Under the pieces are notes generated by a model. The model had not been told where the DNA came from. It saw only the letters and a list, made by a program, of their open reading frames with translations, and did no database searches. A stretch of DNA of 64,000 bases from Eledone cirrhosa (Eukaryota), in assembly GCA_964016885.1 (NCBI GenBank), contig OZ024743.1:235662001-235726000 (forward strand), written 5' to 3'. This document shows, one piece after another, positions 1 to 14,103 of the stretch. Position 1 is the stretch's first letter; each line of letters opens with the position of its first letter. Both the position numbers and the translations under genes were made by a program.

Positions 1-1811
1 TAGTATATATAGAGTAATGTAAATGTTATGTGAGATATGTGAGGTAAAGCCTTTACTGTGAAAATACAATAGTATATATAGAGCAATGTAAATGTTATGT
101 GAGATATTATGTGAGCTAAAGCCTTTACTGTGACAATACAATAGTATATATAGAGCAATGTAAATGTTAAGTGAGATATTATGTAAGGTAAAACCTTCAC
201 CGTGAAAACAATAGTATATGTAGAGTAATGCAAATGTTATGCGAGATATTATGTGACAATACAATAGTATATATAGAGTAATGTAATTGTTATGTGAGAT
301 ATTACGTGAGGTAAAGCCTCTACTGTGAAAATACAATAATATATAGAGAGTAATGTAAATGTTATGCGAGATATTATGTGAGGTAAAGACTTTACTATAC
401 AATAGTATATATATCGAAATGTAAATGGTATGTGAGGTAAAGCCTTTACTGTGAAAATACAATAGTATATATAGAGTAATATAAATGTTATGTGAGGTAT
501 TATGTAAGGTAAAGCCTTTTACCATGAAAACACAATAGTATATATAGAGTAATGTAATTGTCATGTGAGATATTATGTGAGGTAAAGCCTTTACTGTGAA
601 AATACAATAGTATATATAGAGTAATGTAAATGTTATGCGAGATATTATGTGAGGTAAAGACTTTACTATACAATAGTATATATAGAGAAATGTAAATGGT
701 ATGTGAGGTATTATGTGAGGTAAAGCCTTCACCGTGAAAACACAATAGTATATATAGAGTAATGTAAATGTTATGTGAGATATGTGAGGTAAAGTCTTTA
801 CTGTGAAAATACAATAGTATATATAGAGTAATGTAAATGTTATGTGAGATATTATGTGAGCTAAAGCCTTTACTGTGACAATACAATAGTATATATAGAG
901 CAATGTAAATGTTATGTGAGATATTATGTAAGGTAAAACCTTCACCGTGAAAACAATAGTATATATAGAGTAATGTAAATGTTATGTGAGATATTATGTG
1001 AGGTAAAGCCTTTACTGTGACAATACAATAGTATATATAGAGTAATGTAATTGTTATGTGAGATATTATGTAAGGTAAAGCCTTTACTGTGAAAATACAA
1101 TAGTATATATAAAGTAATGTAATTGTTATGTGAGATATTACGTGAGGTAAAGCCTCTACTGTGAAAATACAATAGTATATATAGAGTAATGTAAATGTTA
1201 TGTGAGCTAAAGCCTTTACTGTGACAATACAATAGTATATATAGAGCAATGTAAATGTTATGTGAGATATTATATGAGGTCAAGCCTTCACCGTGAAAAA
1301 ACAATAGTATATATAGAGTAATGTAAATGTTATGTGAGATATTATGTGAGGTAAAGCCTTTACTGTGAAAATACAATAGTATATATAGAATAATGTAAAT
1401 GTTATGTGAGGTATTATGTAAGGTAAAGCCTTTACCGTGAAAACACAATAGTATATATAGAGTAATGTAATTGTTATGTGAGGTAAAGCCTTTACTGTGA
1501 AAATACAATAGTATATATAGAGTAATGTAAATGTTATGCGAGCTATTATGTGAGGTAAAGACTTTACTATACAATAGTATATATATCGAAATGTAAATGG
1601 TATGTGAGGTAAAGCCTTTACTGTGAAAATACAATAGTATATATAGAGTAATGTAAATGTTATGCGAGATATTATGCGAGGTAAAGACTTTACTATACAA
1701 TAGTATATATAGAGAAATGTAAATGGTATGTGAGGTATTATGTGAGGTAAAGCCTTTACTGTGAAAATACAATAGTATATATAGAGTAATGTAAATGTTA
1801 TGCGGGATATT
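1..1811. repeat. ~72-bp tandem satellite derived from a piggyBac-type MITE end (left part; runs off the window)
   Basis: Unit tagtatatatagagtaatgtaaatgttatgtgagatattatgtgaggtaaagcctttactgtgaaaatacaa, with shorter variants. Confidence 0.95.
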
Positions 1812-2903
1812 CATCATCATCATCATCGTTTAACGTCCATGTTCCATGCTTGCATGGGTTTGGACGGGAGTTTTCCCACTTGAGGCAAGAGTGGTTGTCT
1901 TGCTCGCATAGGACTGTCTGGCGGGTTTTCTACAGCTGGATGCCCTTCCTAACACCAACCACATTTACAGTGTGGGACTGGGAGGTTTTTACCGTGTTGC
2001 CTACATAGCCACATTACAGCGTGGACTGTGTGTTTTTTTTGTCGTGACACCTACACGATCTCATTTGTTTCGGCCTGGATGTTGTGGCACCAACATAACT
2101 TTATATTGAAAGGGGTGGTGTGGATGGGGTGGTGGGACGGGGGTGTATTTTGTTAGAGATGCCTACTGACTGTAGTAGGTTTTACTTTGTATTTAGGTAA
2201 GATGGGTCTTCTCTATTACTGAGTGCTGCCAAAGATCTCGGTCCAGTGACATTGTCTTGGAGAGGTGTAAGTGTATGAGGTCGGAGTTTATCAGGTCGTC
2301 CCAGGTTTTTCTGGGTCTGCCTACTCCGTGGCTACCGTCTATCTTTATTGCCCTGCACTTTTTTATACAGCTGTCGTCTTTCATGCGCATCACGTGACCA
2401 TACCAACGTAGCCTTCTCTTGAGTAAACAACATCTGATCCCTCTTATTTCTAATTTTTCCCTTAGTTCGTTTATGCTTTGCCATTCGCGTATATTACTAT
2501 TACACATCCAGCGGAGCATGCAAGCTTCATTCCTCTCTAGTCTGCGTATATCCTCTGCACACAATGCCCAGGTCTCACTGCCATGCAACATTGCTGTTCG
2601 TATGCAGGCATCATACAGCCTGCCTTTCATTTTTAGGGAGAACCCTTTAGCGGCTAATAGTGGTATAAGCTCTCTGAACTTTTTCCATCCAGTTCCGACT
2701 CTAGCTACTGTACTTTCAGAGCACCCTCCCCCACTGCTGATTTTGTCACCCAGGTAACGGAAGCTGTCCACTATTTCTATAGAACCCTCTGCGCAATTGA
2801 AAGAGCTAGTATTTTGTGGGCACTTGCTGCTACTTATTGCACCAGAGCACCGGCCACATGTAAAATCTATGTTCTTAGTTAGCTTACCTATGATCCCACT
2901 ACA
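1812..2903 (-). mobile_element. 5'-truncated RTE-clade LINE inserted into the 72-bp satellite
   Basis: ORF 2193-2771 (FRYLG, GSETW, RRLRWYGHV, GRPRKTW), 3' UTR and (ATG)n tail; satellite phase resumes across the insertion. Confidence 0.9.
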
Positions 2904-3160
2904 TATGTGAGGTAAAGCCTTTACTATACAATAGTATATATAGAGTAATATAAATGGTATGTGAGATATTATGTGAGGTAAAGCCTTTACTGTGAAAATA
3001 CAATAGTATATATAGAGTAATGTAAATGTTATGCGAGATATTATGTGAGGTAAAGACTTTACTATACAATAGTATATATAGAGTAATGTAAATGTTATGT
3101 GAGGTAAAGCCTTTACTATACAATAGTATATATAGAGTAATGTAGATGTTAGAGGGTTAA
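2904..3160. repeat. 72-bp satellite, right part, ending in a TIR-like end plus TTAA
   Basis: Same unit; the array ends ...tgtagatgttagagggttaa. Confidence 0.9.
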
Positions 3161-4775
3161 CTTAGATTTCTGTCTTAACTGAGATGAGGTCTGGTAGTTA
3201 TAAGCACATGGTTCCAAAACAAACTGTTTAATCACACAGATAGCTGTGTTCCTACATCTGACATTCATCAACACTTCTCTATATTAATTTATTTTCATGA
3301 TTCATTCAAAACTAGTGAACTCTGACCTCGCTAGTGACCTATGACCTCACTAGTCATCTCTGACTTTCAACAATGTATCTTCTTTTCTTCTTCTTCTATA
3401 CATCCATTATTACCAGTGCCATGTTGAAGTTCCTCCTCCCACTCACCCTGTCTACCATGACCATCTAAATTTCCCCTGCCTCCAGCCCTGCGTCTTCCTC
3501 AGGTACATTCTTCAGTGTTGTGGGTTAACTTATGTCAGACGCTGTAACCCTGGGTGGACCTACAGTACCGGTGGTAGGGGTCGAAACTGCCAAAAGTCCA
3601 TCTCAACAGCTGAAGATCTTGGAGTTCTGTGTCTTTCACGTTTTTTGTCTTCTCTTTGTTAATTTTCCCCGAGTTATTTATCTAAAAACCTTCCATCATA
3701 ATTTTATGTAAGAACCTACTTGAATTCCTTCAATTTCTTTATTTTCAAAATTATTTGAAAACCACACGGAAGAGGTGTCTTTCGCGTGAAATAAGGGAGG
3801 GAAAGTGTTACAAGAATAATAGGGGAGAATATTTTGGTTGGAGGTCAAAGTTTACCAGAGTTGAATTAGCAACAGCAGCAGTAAAGAATGAATATTAAAA
3901 AAGGAGAGGCACTGCTTTAGTATTGACTTGGTCTATGTAGACCTGTCCAACCCATGCTAGCAAGGAAAGCAGACATTTAACTATAATGATGATGATGAGA
4001 GAATTGTTGGTATTGTCAGAGAGTGATTAGTGTCAGAATTTCAGAACAACAGCTAAAATGTATGAAAACAGAATTTATACTAAAACTAGATCTTACTAAA
4101 TCACCATCTGTAAGTACTAAAACATGAAGTTGTAATGGTGGTGGGGGAAGAGGGGGAGATTTTGCAATTAAATACTGGTGTGAAAGGTCAAGGATCGTAA
4201 CAATGAGACTTGGACATAAAGTACTACACTTGTATATATAAGTGTGTGTGTGTATTATATACACACACACACACACACATATATATACACACACACTTCT
4301 ACTATGAGAACTACTTTTATTGTCAAAAGTCTAAGAATTCCCCCCTTTCCTTTTGTCAGCCAAAGAAATGCTATGAATTCTTCAGTCAATTGGAATGGTT
4401 TAACTAATTAGTATTAATGTCAAATGTAATATGGTGTGGTAAATAAATATATATACATATACACCAGGTCGGAACACAATGGAACTAAATTCCCACTGTC
4501 ACTGCCTCCGTCTCTCCCAATTATGAGCAAATGGGAGCCACCCTACAGCCCTGGCAGGCAGAATAGAGAAGGCGTTTCCTAAGAAGATGGTGACGGAGAC
4601 ACTCTAGAAGAACCATTCCAGCTCACGAATCTTACACCTTATTTTCAGTTTAGATTTAAAATGATATTCTTTTAAATTTCAAATCAAGAATCACTTTGAA
4701 AAGACTAAATCAAATATAATTGGACTAAAATATTTAAAACTTTCAAAGGTTCCCTAAATCTGTCTCCAGTTCTTC

Positions 4776-4948
4776 AGGGTAGAGGGTTGGACGCCATGCT
4801 TTGACGCATAGAGTTACGGCCCTTGCCATTCCGAGTTCAAATCCCGCCGAGGTTAACTTTGCCTTTCATCCTTACGGGGTCGATAAAATAAAGTACCAGT
4901 AATGCAATGGGTAATTGCTGCCCTTGTGCCAAAAGTAGAAACAATTAT
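4776..4948 (+). mobile_element. SINE family A copy
   Basis: gagttcaaatcccgccgaggttaactttgcctttcatccttacggggtcgataaaataaagtaccag...aacaattatt, dispersed many times in the window. Confidence 0.8.
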
Positions 4949-5165
4949 TTTGTCTGCTAGGACCAGGAAACCTTTGCATGAATTACCTCTGAAGGGTTCT
5001 ATAAGGAACATGATTTAGTATGACACAGGGCTGAAAAGACTTTAGCAGGAAAAATGGCCTTACAACGTTTGTTGTACTAACTCTGAATAAAAACTGACTT
5101 GGAGTGTAACAACCCAACGAACAAAGACACCATATACTGATGATGATGATAAAGACTCTAAGCTA

Positions 5166-6517
<1,352 letters not shown>

Positions 6518-6659
6518 TCATCAACATAAAACAACAAAAGTCTTCTTGTTGTCGTACAACAGTTAGAGAGATGGATGAAGACTGTCATTTATAGTATTAT
6601 GGATTGCCTCTAGGTTGCCAGGAAAACACCTGAGGGGGAGCAAGCCCAAACAACATGCA

Positions 6660-6945
6660 GTACTGTCAGGTCAGGGTCCCACAGTAACATGCTGGGCTGG
6701 CTTTCATTTCCCATTTATGGAGAATATGGGCTGTCCTGGCATGTGTTGTGTGGATTAAGAGACATCCATTGTTTTCTAGAAAGGTCCAAGCCGGCTGGTT
6801 TTGGGGTCTTGGACAAGATCTTGGTTGGAAAATTTGGACTCTTTCATTGAATCCCAAAATAGGCTATAGGAATGACAACTGCTTAAGGTGCCACAGAGTG
6901 GGATTGGACCCCAGGAATTATGGTTACTAACAGGTCTCGAATACC
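6660..6945 (-). mobile_element. Degenerate non-LTR retrotransposon C-terminal remnant (RTEX-like Cys motif)
   Basis: Translation ...HARTAHILHKWEMKASPACYCG resembles the LINE C-terminal motif LHKWG..SP.C.CG. Confidence 0.45.
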
Positions 6946-7461
6946 CACCCCCTTCTTATTTATTGTCTGGGTGCTTCTTGTAGTGACAACAACATGACCA
7001 CTTTACAGTGTGTACTGGGTGCTTTTTGTTGTGACAACAACACAACCACTTTACAGTGTGTACAGGGTGCTTCTTGTAGTGACAAAACATGACCACTTTA
7101 TAGTGTGTACTGAGTGCTTCTTGTTGTGAAACCAACATAACTTTACAGTGTGGTGTGGACAGAAGTGGGTGGGTATTAGGACGTGGGGGTGTATGGATGG
7201 GGGTATAGTGGTTAAGATGTGCCTTCTAGATGTCTGAGTCTGTGCGTATGGCAAAGTTGTCTTCTGTATTACAGCATAACGCAAGAAAATGATGGAAAAT
7301 GGCCATGCACACACACGCATATATATATATATATATTTGTAGTAAGGTTGCTTGGATGCTTCCATAGGCGGTATCCCGGTTGAGCACTCTATGCTCCTTT
7401 GGAGCAGAGAATAATAATATGGAAAACAAAGAATCAGTGATGCATCGGAACACAATTTATT

Positions 7462-7554
7462 ACGTATTACAATTGTTTCTCCGGCGAACAGCTCGAGGTG
7501 CGATCTGTTTGTGGATCGAACCTGACTCTGGATTCGCAAGTTCCTCAGATACGT
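7462..7554 (-). ncRNA. Type I hammerhead-like motif (Penelope-type)
   Basis: ACGTAT-CTGAGGA-[long stem II region]-GAAA-CAATTG-TA-ATACGT; 6-bp stem I; palindromic stem III ACAATTGT. Confidence 0.6.
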
Positions 7555-7582
7555 CTAAGCAAATCCTCTTCGAAGTCACTAG

Positions 7583-7675
7583 ACATATCTGAGGAACTTG
7601 CGAATCCAGAGTCAGGTTCGATCCACAAACAGATAGCACCTCGAGCTGTTCGCCGGAGAAACAATTGTAATACGT
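7583..7675 (+). ncRNA. Type I hammerhead-like motif, mirror copy
   Basis: ACATAT-CTGAGGA...GAAA-CAATTG-TA-ATACGT; one stem I mismatch. Confidence 0.55.
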
Positions 7676-7745
7676 AATAAATTGTATTCCGATGCATCAC
7701 CGATTCTTTGTTTTCCATATTATTATTATTATTATATATCATAGT

Positions 7746-8138
7746 GGAGGCACATGGCTTGGTGGTTAGAGCATTGGCCTTGCAATCAAAAGGTTGAGAG
7801 TTCAATTCTCAGACTGGGTGATGTGTTGTTTCCTTGAGCAAGACACTTTATTTCACATTGCTCCAGTTTACTCAGCTGTAGAAATGAGATGATAGGGACT
7901 GGGGTCCCTATCATTCCACTGCAAAGTGGTCGTGGAGGTGCCACACCAAAAAAGCACCCAACCCACACTGTAAAGTGGACGTGTAGGCGCCACGGAAAAA
8001 AAGCACCCAGCACTCACTGTAAATGAGGTTGGTGTTAGGAAGGGCATCCAGCTGTAGAAATCAAGCCAGAATCAGTTCCCGTCCCACCCTTGCAAGCAGG
8101 GAAAAGTGGACATAAAATGATGATGATGATGATGATGA
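7746..8138 (+). mobile_element. tRNA-headed SINE family B with RTE-derived 3' tail
   Basis: A/B-box-like head (tggcttggtggttag...gagttcaattc); tail cccgtcccacccttgcaagcagggaaaagtgga(tga)n shared with the RTE end at ~32618-32670. Confidence 0.8.
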
Positions 8139-8555
8139 TCATCATCATCATCATCATCGTTTAACGTCTATTTTCCATGCTAGCATGGGTATATATATAT
8201 ATATATATATATATAATGGGCTTCTGTAACTTCTGTCAACCAATTCCCCACACAAAGCAATGGTCAACTGACGATATAATAAAAAAGACTGGCTAAAGGT
8301 ACCACACAGTGGAACTGAATCTGTAAACATGTGGCTGCAAAGCAAATGCCCTTAACCACACAGCCATGCCTGTGAGTACCTCTGTGCGTGTGTTTGTGTA
8401 CCTCTGTGCATGTGTGTGTGTGTGTGTATATGACAGAGTGGGCTAAACAACTGATTTTCATTGTAAACAGTTAAAAAAACTAGAAAGAAATAATATAAAA
8501 TAGTTAACAAAACAACATGGAGGTGAGTGAGAGGAAGTTCAAATTTAGAAACCTA

Positions 8556-8645
<90 letters not shown>

Positions 8646-9471
8646 CTATCAAAGAGAAAGACAAAGTTTAGCAAACATACACACTATACAACACATATTT
8701 ATAACACACTAACACACTACAACATTCAAAGTTTACAGTCTCATCATATATGTATATTAATATATATGTACTATACATGCACCTTTGATGAGTTGTAGTG
8801 CACCTGAGCACTGTACACAATAATTTCATTATAATGATCATCAATCATCATCATTTAACATTCCCTGCTAGCAAAGGTTGAACAACAGACCATGTTGGTA
8901 CTCATAGCAGAAGTACTGACCCCACATTGGACCAGGAGCCTGTATCTCGCATTCATAAGTTCCCATGCACTACCAATTTCATTTTATCCCAATACCAGAA
9001 AAATCCTTCAATAATATTATTTAGTTTTTGTTTTTGGAATAAAAAGAAAGAAAAAGATTTTAGCTCTTTAAAATCAATCTGTTCGTAGCCACTTTTATTA
9101 AAATGTTCAAATTTAAATTCAAACCTTGAACTTAAAACTTCAGTATTACTTGCTAGATAACGTTTAGTGCAGGGTGAAGGGTCCGTGCATGCAGTGCATG
9201 CGTTATAGAATCTTGAGTTTATCAATTGCGTCGGTTGAAGCAAGCAGAATTTTGGCTGCTTACTAAATCGTAGACACATAAAAAGATAACACACACACTA
9301 TATGCGACTTTGACCGGGAGGGTCATTTAGAGGGAATTGAGGGGGGGGGGGGGGGGTAATGCTGCACAGCCCCACTTTCCAGGTTACCCTTCGCCACTGG
9401 TTTAGTGTTAGATATTGTAGTGCACCCGAGCACTGTACACAATCATTTTCATTATATTATAATAATATTAA

Positions 9472-9692
9472 CCCTTTAGCATTTACATTACTCTATATTT
9501 ACTATTATATTTTCATGGTAAACACTTTATCTTACATAATTATCTCACATAATATTGAATTTATGAGATTTTGATGATATTTATTTTGAGAACAACACCT
9601 TAACATAAGTATAAGTGGCCAGTTATGGTTGGTTTGAACAGAAAGAGGTGAGAGAATTCCGGCCGGATATGGCCGGTTTAAATGCTAAAGGG
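9472..9692 (+). mobile_element. piggyBac-type MITE (221 bp), TTAA-flanked
   Basis: TTAA|ccctttagcattta ... taaatgctaaaggg|TTAA; 14-bp perfect TIR. Confidence 0.9.
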
Positions 9693-10632
9693 TTAATTAA
9701 CTTTGTCTTTTATTAACTTTTTTATTACAAAACTGCTCATATTTCTACAATACAGAGCTGCTTATTTTAAAGTGTTTATATTTATCTAAAAGGTGGCAAA
9801 TTGACAGAGTCATTAAAACATTACTGCTTTGCAGAATTCATTCTGGCTCTCTGAGTTCAATTTTGCCTTTCATCCATTCAAGATCGATAAAAAAAAACCA
9901 GTCAGGTACTAAAGTCAATTCTTCCTCTATATCTCTCACTCTCTATCCTTCTCTGAAATAAATCTGCTGTATTCATACCTGGAGAGGGATAGGCTCTGCC
10001 AGGTCTAAAAATGCCCTAGAAACGCTGTATGTTAATACACCACCCCTACAACTCTCACAGGAGTTACGGGGCCATCTATTTATCTAAAAAAAAAACCTTT
10101 CATCATCATCTTATGTCAGAAATTCTGCTATGTTCCAAACACCAGTTAATAGTGAGAAAGTTAGTTATATTACTAAATCTTTCCAAATTCTTATTTTCAA
10201 AATAATTTGAAAATCATAAGCAATGTCTTTCAGTAAAAAATAAGTTAACGAAAGGGTTAAGTTGAAAGTTCTTCAACAAAACCTCTCATAATTCTTAATT
10301 ACTTTCATAAAACACAAAAGCTGTATATATTTTTGTTAAAAATAGGATGACAAAAGAGTAAATAAAACATTTCTTTATCTGTTAATTCATGGAATGAGAG
10401 CAATAACCCGAGAGATGTTAGATGTTAGTGAGATTAGAGGATTCCAATAAGAGAAAGTTTGAATATAAACCATTCCACTGAGTGGCTTTATGCCAGCCTT
10501 TTAAAATTAACAATAACAATCAACTGTGTTTAATATATCAGTAACGGCCTTAATGAAGCACATGCATATAAACATAGACACGCGTGTGTGTATTCATGTA
10601 TGCATCCATGCTACCGAAGGCGTATGTGTGTG

Positions 10633-10675
<43 letters not shown>

Positions 10676-11101
10676 CATCATCATTAAACATCTGTTAGCA
10701 AGGGTTGGGCAGGTGTACATAAGTCAGTACTGAACCAGGGTCACTGATGTCCTAGACAGGCTGAGAAGGTCTCTATGCCACTACATACAGTCATTATTGA
10801 GTGCAGAGAAGTTGTGTCTTTTGACACAAACTGAAGAATCCTCCTAATCCCTTGTTTGTTAAACTTTCTACAGCTGGATGCCCTTCCTAACACTAACCAC
10901 TTTACAACATGTACTGGGTGTTGTTATTATGTAGATCACCAGCACTAGGGAGGGTGTCATGTGCTTCATGCAACTAAAGGATCTTCCCAACCCTTTGTTT
11001 GGCAACCTCTATATACACACACAATAATATATTAATAACGTAGAGTTGTCAGAATTATTAAAACAGTTTAGCACTTGAATAATAAATAACCTAATACTAA
11101 A

Positions 11102-11144
<43 letters not shown>

Positions 11145-11146
<2 letters not shown>

Positions 11147-11333
11147 GCGGTGGATTGGCAGTATCAGTAGAGGGTCGGACGCCATGCTTTCCAGCATAGT
11201 TACGTCCCTTTACGATCTGAGTTCCAATCCCGCCGAGGTTGACTTTGCCTTTCATCCTTACGGGGTCGATAAAATAAAGTACCACTAATGCACTGGGTAA
11301 TTGCTGGCCTTGTGCCTAAAGTAGAGACAATTA
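11145..11333 (+). mobile_element. SINE family A copy
   Basis: Same sequence as 4776-4948 and 60158-60344. Confidence 0.8.
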
Positions 11334-11349
11334 TATATATATATATATA

Positions 11350-11590
11350 ACAATAATAATGAAATTATTGTGTACAGTGCTCAGGTGCACTACTCATCAA
11401 AGGTGCATGTATAGTACATAGAATAATATACAAATGTCAGGGAAGTGAATAGTGTATGAGTCATGATATACACGTGTGTATGTATATGGAGGGGGAACAT
11501 TAGGTGTAGTGTTGGCGAATCTCGGGAAGCATGGAGGTTTTAAAGGATGCAGTGTCTCGACAGCTAATAACTGATGCAGGTAGTTAGTTT
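11350..11590 (-). mobile_element. CR1-group LINE 3' end
   Basis: Matches the 3' end of the copies at 14104-14835 and 33825-34960. Confidence 0.7.
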
Positions 11591-12322
11591 GTTGCATGTA
11601 TGTATACACACACACACATATATATATTTGTACATCATCATCAATGTTGAGTTGAGCTGGCCATGATATTGGCATAATTTTTCAGGATACTCTTCCTATC
11701 ACCAGCAATTTTACAGTGTGGACTGGGTGCATTTTATCATGCCATCAACACTAGAGATGGTGTCTGTCACAACTTAAAATCTCCCCTACACTATTGCATT
11801 TTATATTTGGAATCCTTCTCCTCCAAGATGGGTTGCTTTCACTATCATCATCATCGTTTAACGTCCATGGTTTATGGAATGTGTGTCTACATATATCTAT
11901 ATTTTTACACAGACACACATACAACAAGGATCCTTCACAACACATTATTATACAAAAATATTAATTGATAACAAAAGAAGGAGATTAATTATGGAGGCTT
12001 CAACATCATCATCATCTTTTTAACATTCACTTTCCCTGATGGCAAAGGTTGGATGGGTCCATATAGACCAAGTCAATACTGAAGCAGAGCCACTGATCTC
12101 CCAGGCAGGCCAGGATCTGTGTCTCCCCCAAGTCAGTACTGAAATGGAGTTACTGGTCTCCCAGGCAGGCCAGGGACATGTGTCTCACTTTTGTACGGTC
12201 ACATGTTCCAACATATAAACCCAAATTTAACACAGATACAACATATATAAAACCAATTATAACAACTACTACTAATGTTGAATATATTTCAAATGAGGCA
12301 TCCATGATTTTACTAATACTCT

Positions 12323-12535
12323 CATGATTGTGGCCCCTTCAATATGACCAATATGCCACTAATATGACCCTGATTGTGGCCCCTTCAATATGACCAATAT
12401 GCCACTAATATGACCATGATTGTAGCGCCTTAAACATGACCATGATTGTAGCCCCTTCAATATGACCAATATGCCACTAATATGACCATGATTGTGGCCC
12501 CTTCAATATGACCAATATGCCACTAATATGACCAC
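12323..12535. repeat. ~46-bp tandem repeat
   Basis: tgattgtggccccttcaatatgaccaatatgccactaatatgacca, about 4 copies. Confidence 0.85.
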
Positions 12536-12857
12536 TTTTAACCTGAATGTCTCAAAATATAGACTTAAAGATCTTGCAGTGTTACTGTTCACAACTAAAA
12601 ATATTAACAACTTATAAAGAAATATGAAAAAAAACCTTAATAAAAATAAATAAACTGGAGCACAGCTGTGTTTGTAATATAACACAAAAGAACATCAATT
12701 CCCTACATATTAACACACACACACATACTAACATATATGTGTGTTCATCAGTCCATTCACTCGCCTGTCTGTCCATCTGTCCAACCATCCTTCTACAAAC
12801 ATTATCTCAACCAGGTCGCTGTTTTCATCTCATTCCATTTCCAGTTTTGTTTATCTA

Positions 12858-13154
<297 letters not shown>

Positions 13155-13513
13155 TTAAAACACCAATACAAGAAACATTTAATAAGGCTGAAACGGGAAG
13201 GAACATGATTAAATGGTTGAAGTGTAAAGTTGTGAGTTTGATTTACAGTTGTGCATTGTGTCCTTGAGCAAGACATTTTACGTCATGTTACTCCAGATCA
13301 TAAGTTATACCTGTAATTTAAAGGACCAGCTTAGTGCCACACTGTCACAATGAATCTCCCTGAGATCTTGTATGTGTCAGTAAAATATTCAGTAATTTGT
13401 ACGGTAATGTGACAAGCTGGCTGTTCCATTAATCCAACAACTGGAAAACTTGTCATTGGAACAGACAGAGGTTCCCTAGTAAGACTCCAAGTAATCAAAA
13501 ACAAAACATCTAA

Positions 13514-13563
<50 letters not shown>

Positions 13564-13566
13564 GAG

Positions 13567-13795
13567 TTGAAAATACAACTGGAGTCTTTGAGAAGGTTTA
13601 TTTACAATAATTTATGACTTTACCGGTTTCACAAGTTTCAGAATTTTCAAAAGTTAAGAGAGATGAAAACATCTGTGACTGAAATACACATCTCTCCATC
13701 TCTCTTAACTTTTGAAAATATGAAACTTGTGAAACTGGTAACATTATAAGTTATTGTAAATAAACCTTCTTAAAGACCTCAATTGTATTTTCAAA
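13567..13795. repeat. Imperfect inverted repeat (~95-bp arms) flanked by (GA)n and (TC)n
   Basis: gaaaatacaa...ttcaaaagttaagagagatg pairs with catctctcttaacttttgaa...ttgtattttc. Confidence 0.8.
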
Positions 13796-14103
13796 TATAT
13801 ATATAGTTGCTCTCTCTCTCTCTCTCTAGAGATGGCAACATGAATAGACCTGTTATTTTTCTCTAAAAAGATTTTTTCCAATTCCACCCCACCCGTCCCT
13901 TCAATCTTTCTAATGTCTCATTCTTTCTTCTGGTGAAGGACTAGCATCAGAAACGTTAAGACCCTCTTCCTGCTATTTCAAGCATTAACCTAATATATTC
14001 CTTCCATATTATGTACCGATTGTGTTGTTATTTCTGTTTACCTTTTACATACATACATATCATCATCATCATCATCGTTTAACGTCTATCTTCCACACTA
14101 GCA

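Larger units (their letters stand above)
7410..7727. repeat. Near-perfect inverted repeat (148-bp arms, 22-nt spacer); probable Penelope-like inverted terminal pair
   Basis: 7410-7557 is the reverse complement of 7580-7727, with 4 mismatches by eye. Confidence 0.9.

Noticed and set aside
500-1826. 249-aa and 294-aa ORFs
   Set aside because: They are translations of the 72-bp satellite with a 24-aa period and no coding signal.
3548-3600. Hammerhead-like gacc..tac/gtaggggtc-GAAA
   Set aside because: No CUGANGA and no stem I; too degenerate.
7746-7820. tRNA gene (also 23791 and 28750-28818)
   Set aside because: The tRNA-like heads continue into a SINE body and lack a convincing acceptor stem.
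9030-9400. DNA transposon ending in cgccactg
   Set aside because: Only one TIR-like end was seen, with no partner or TSD.
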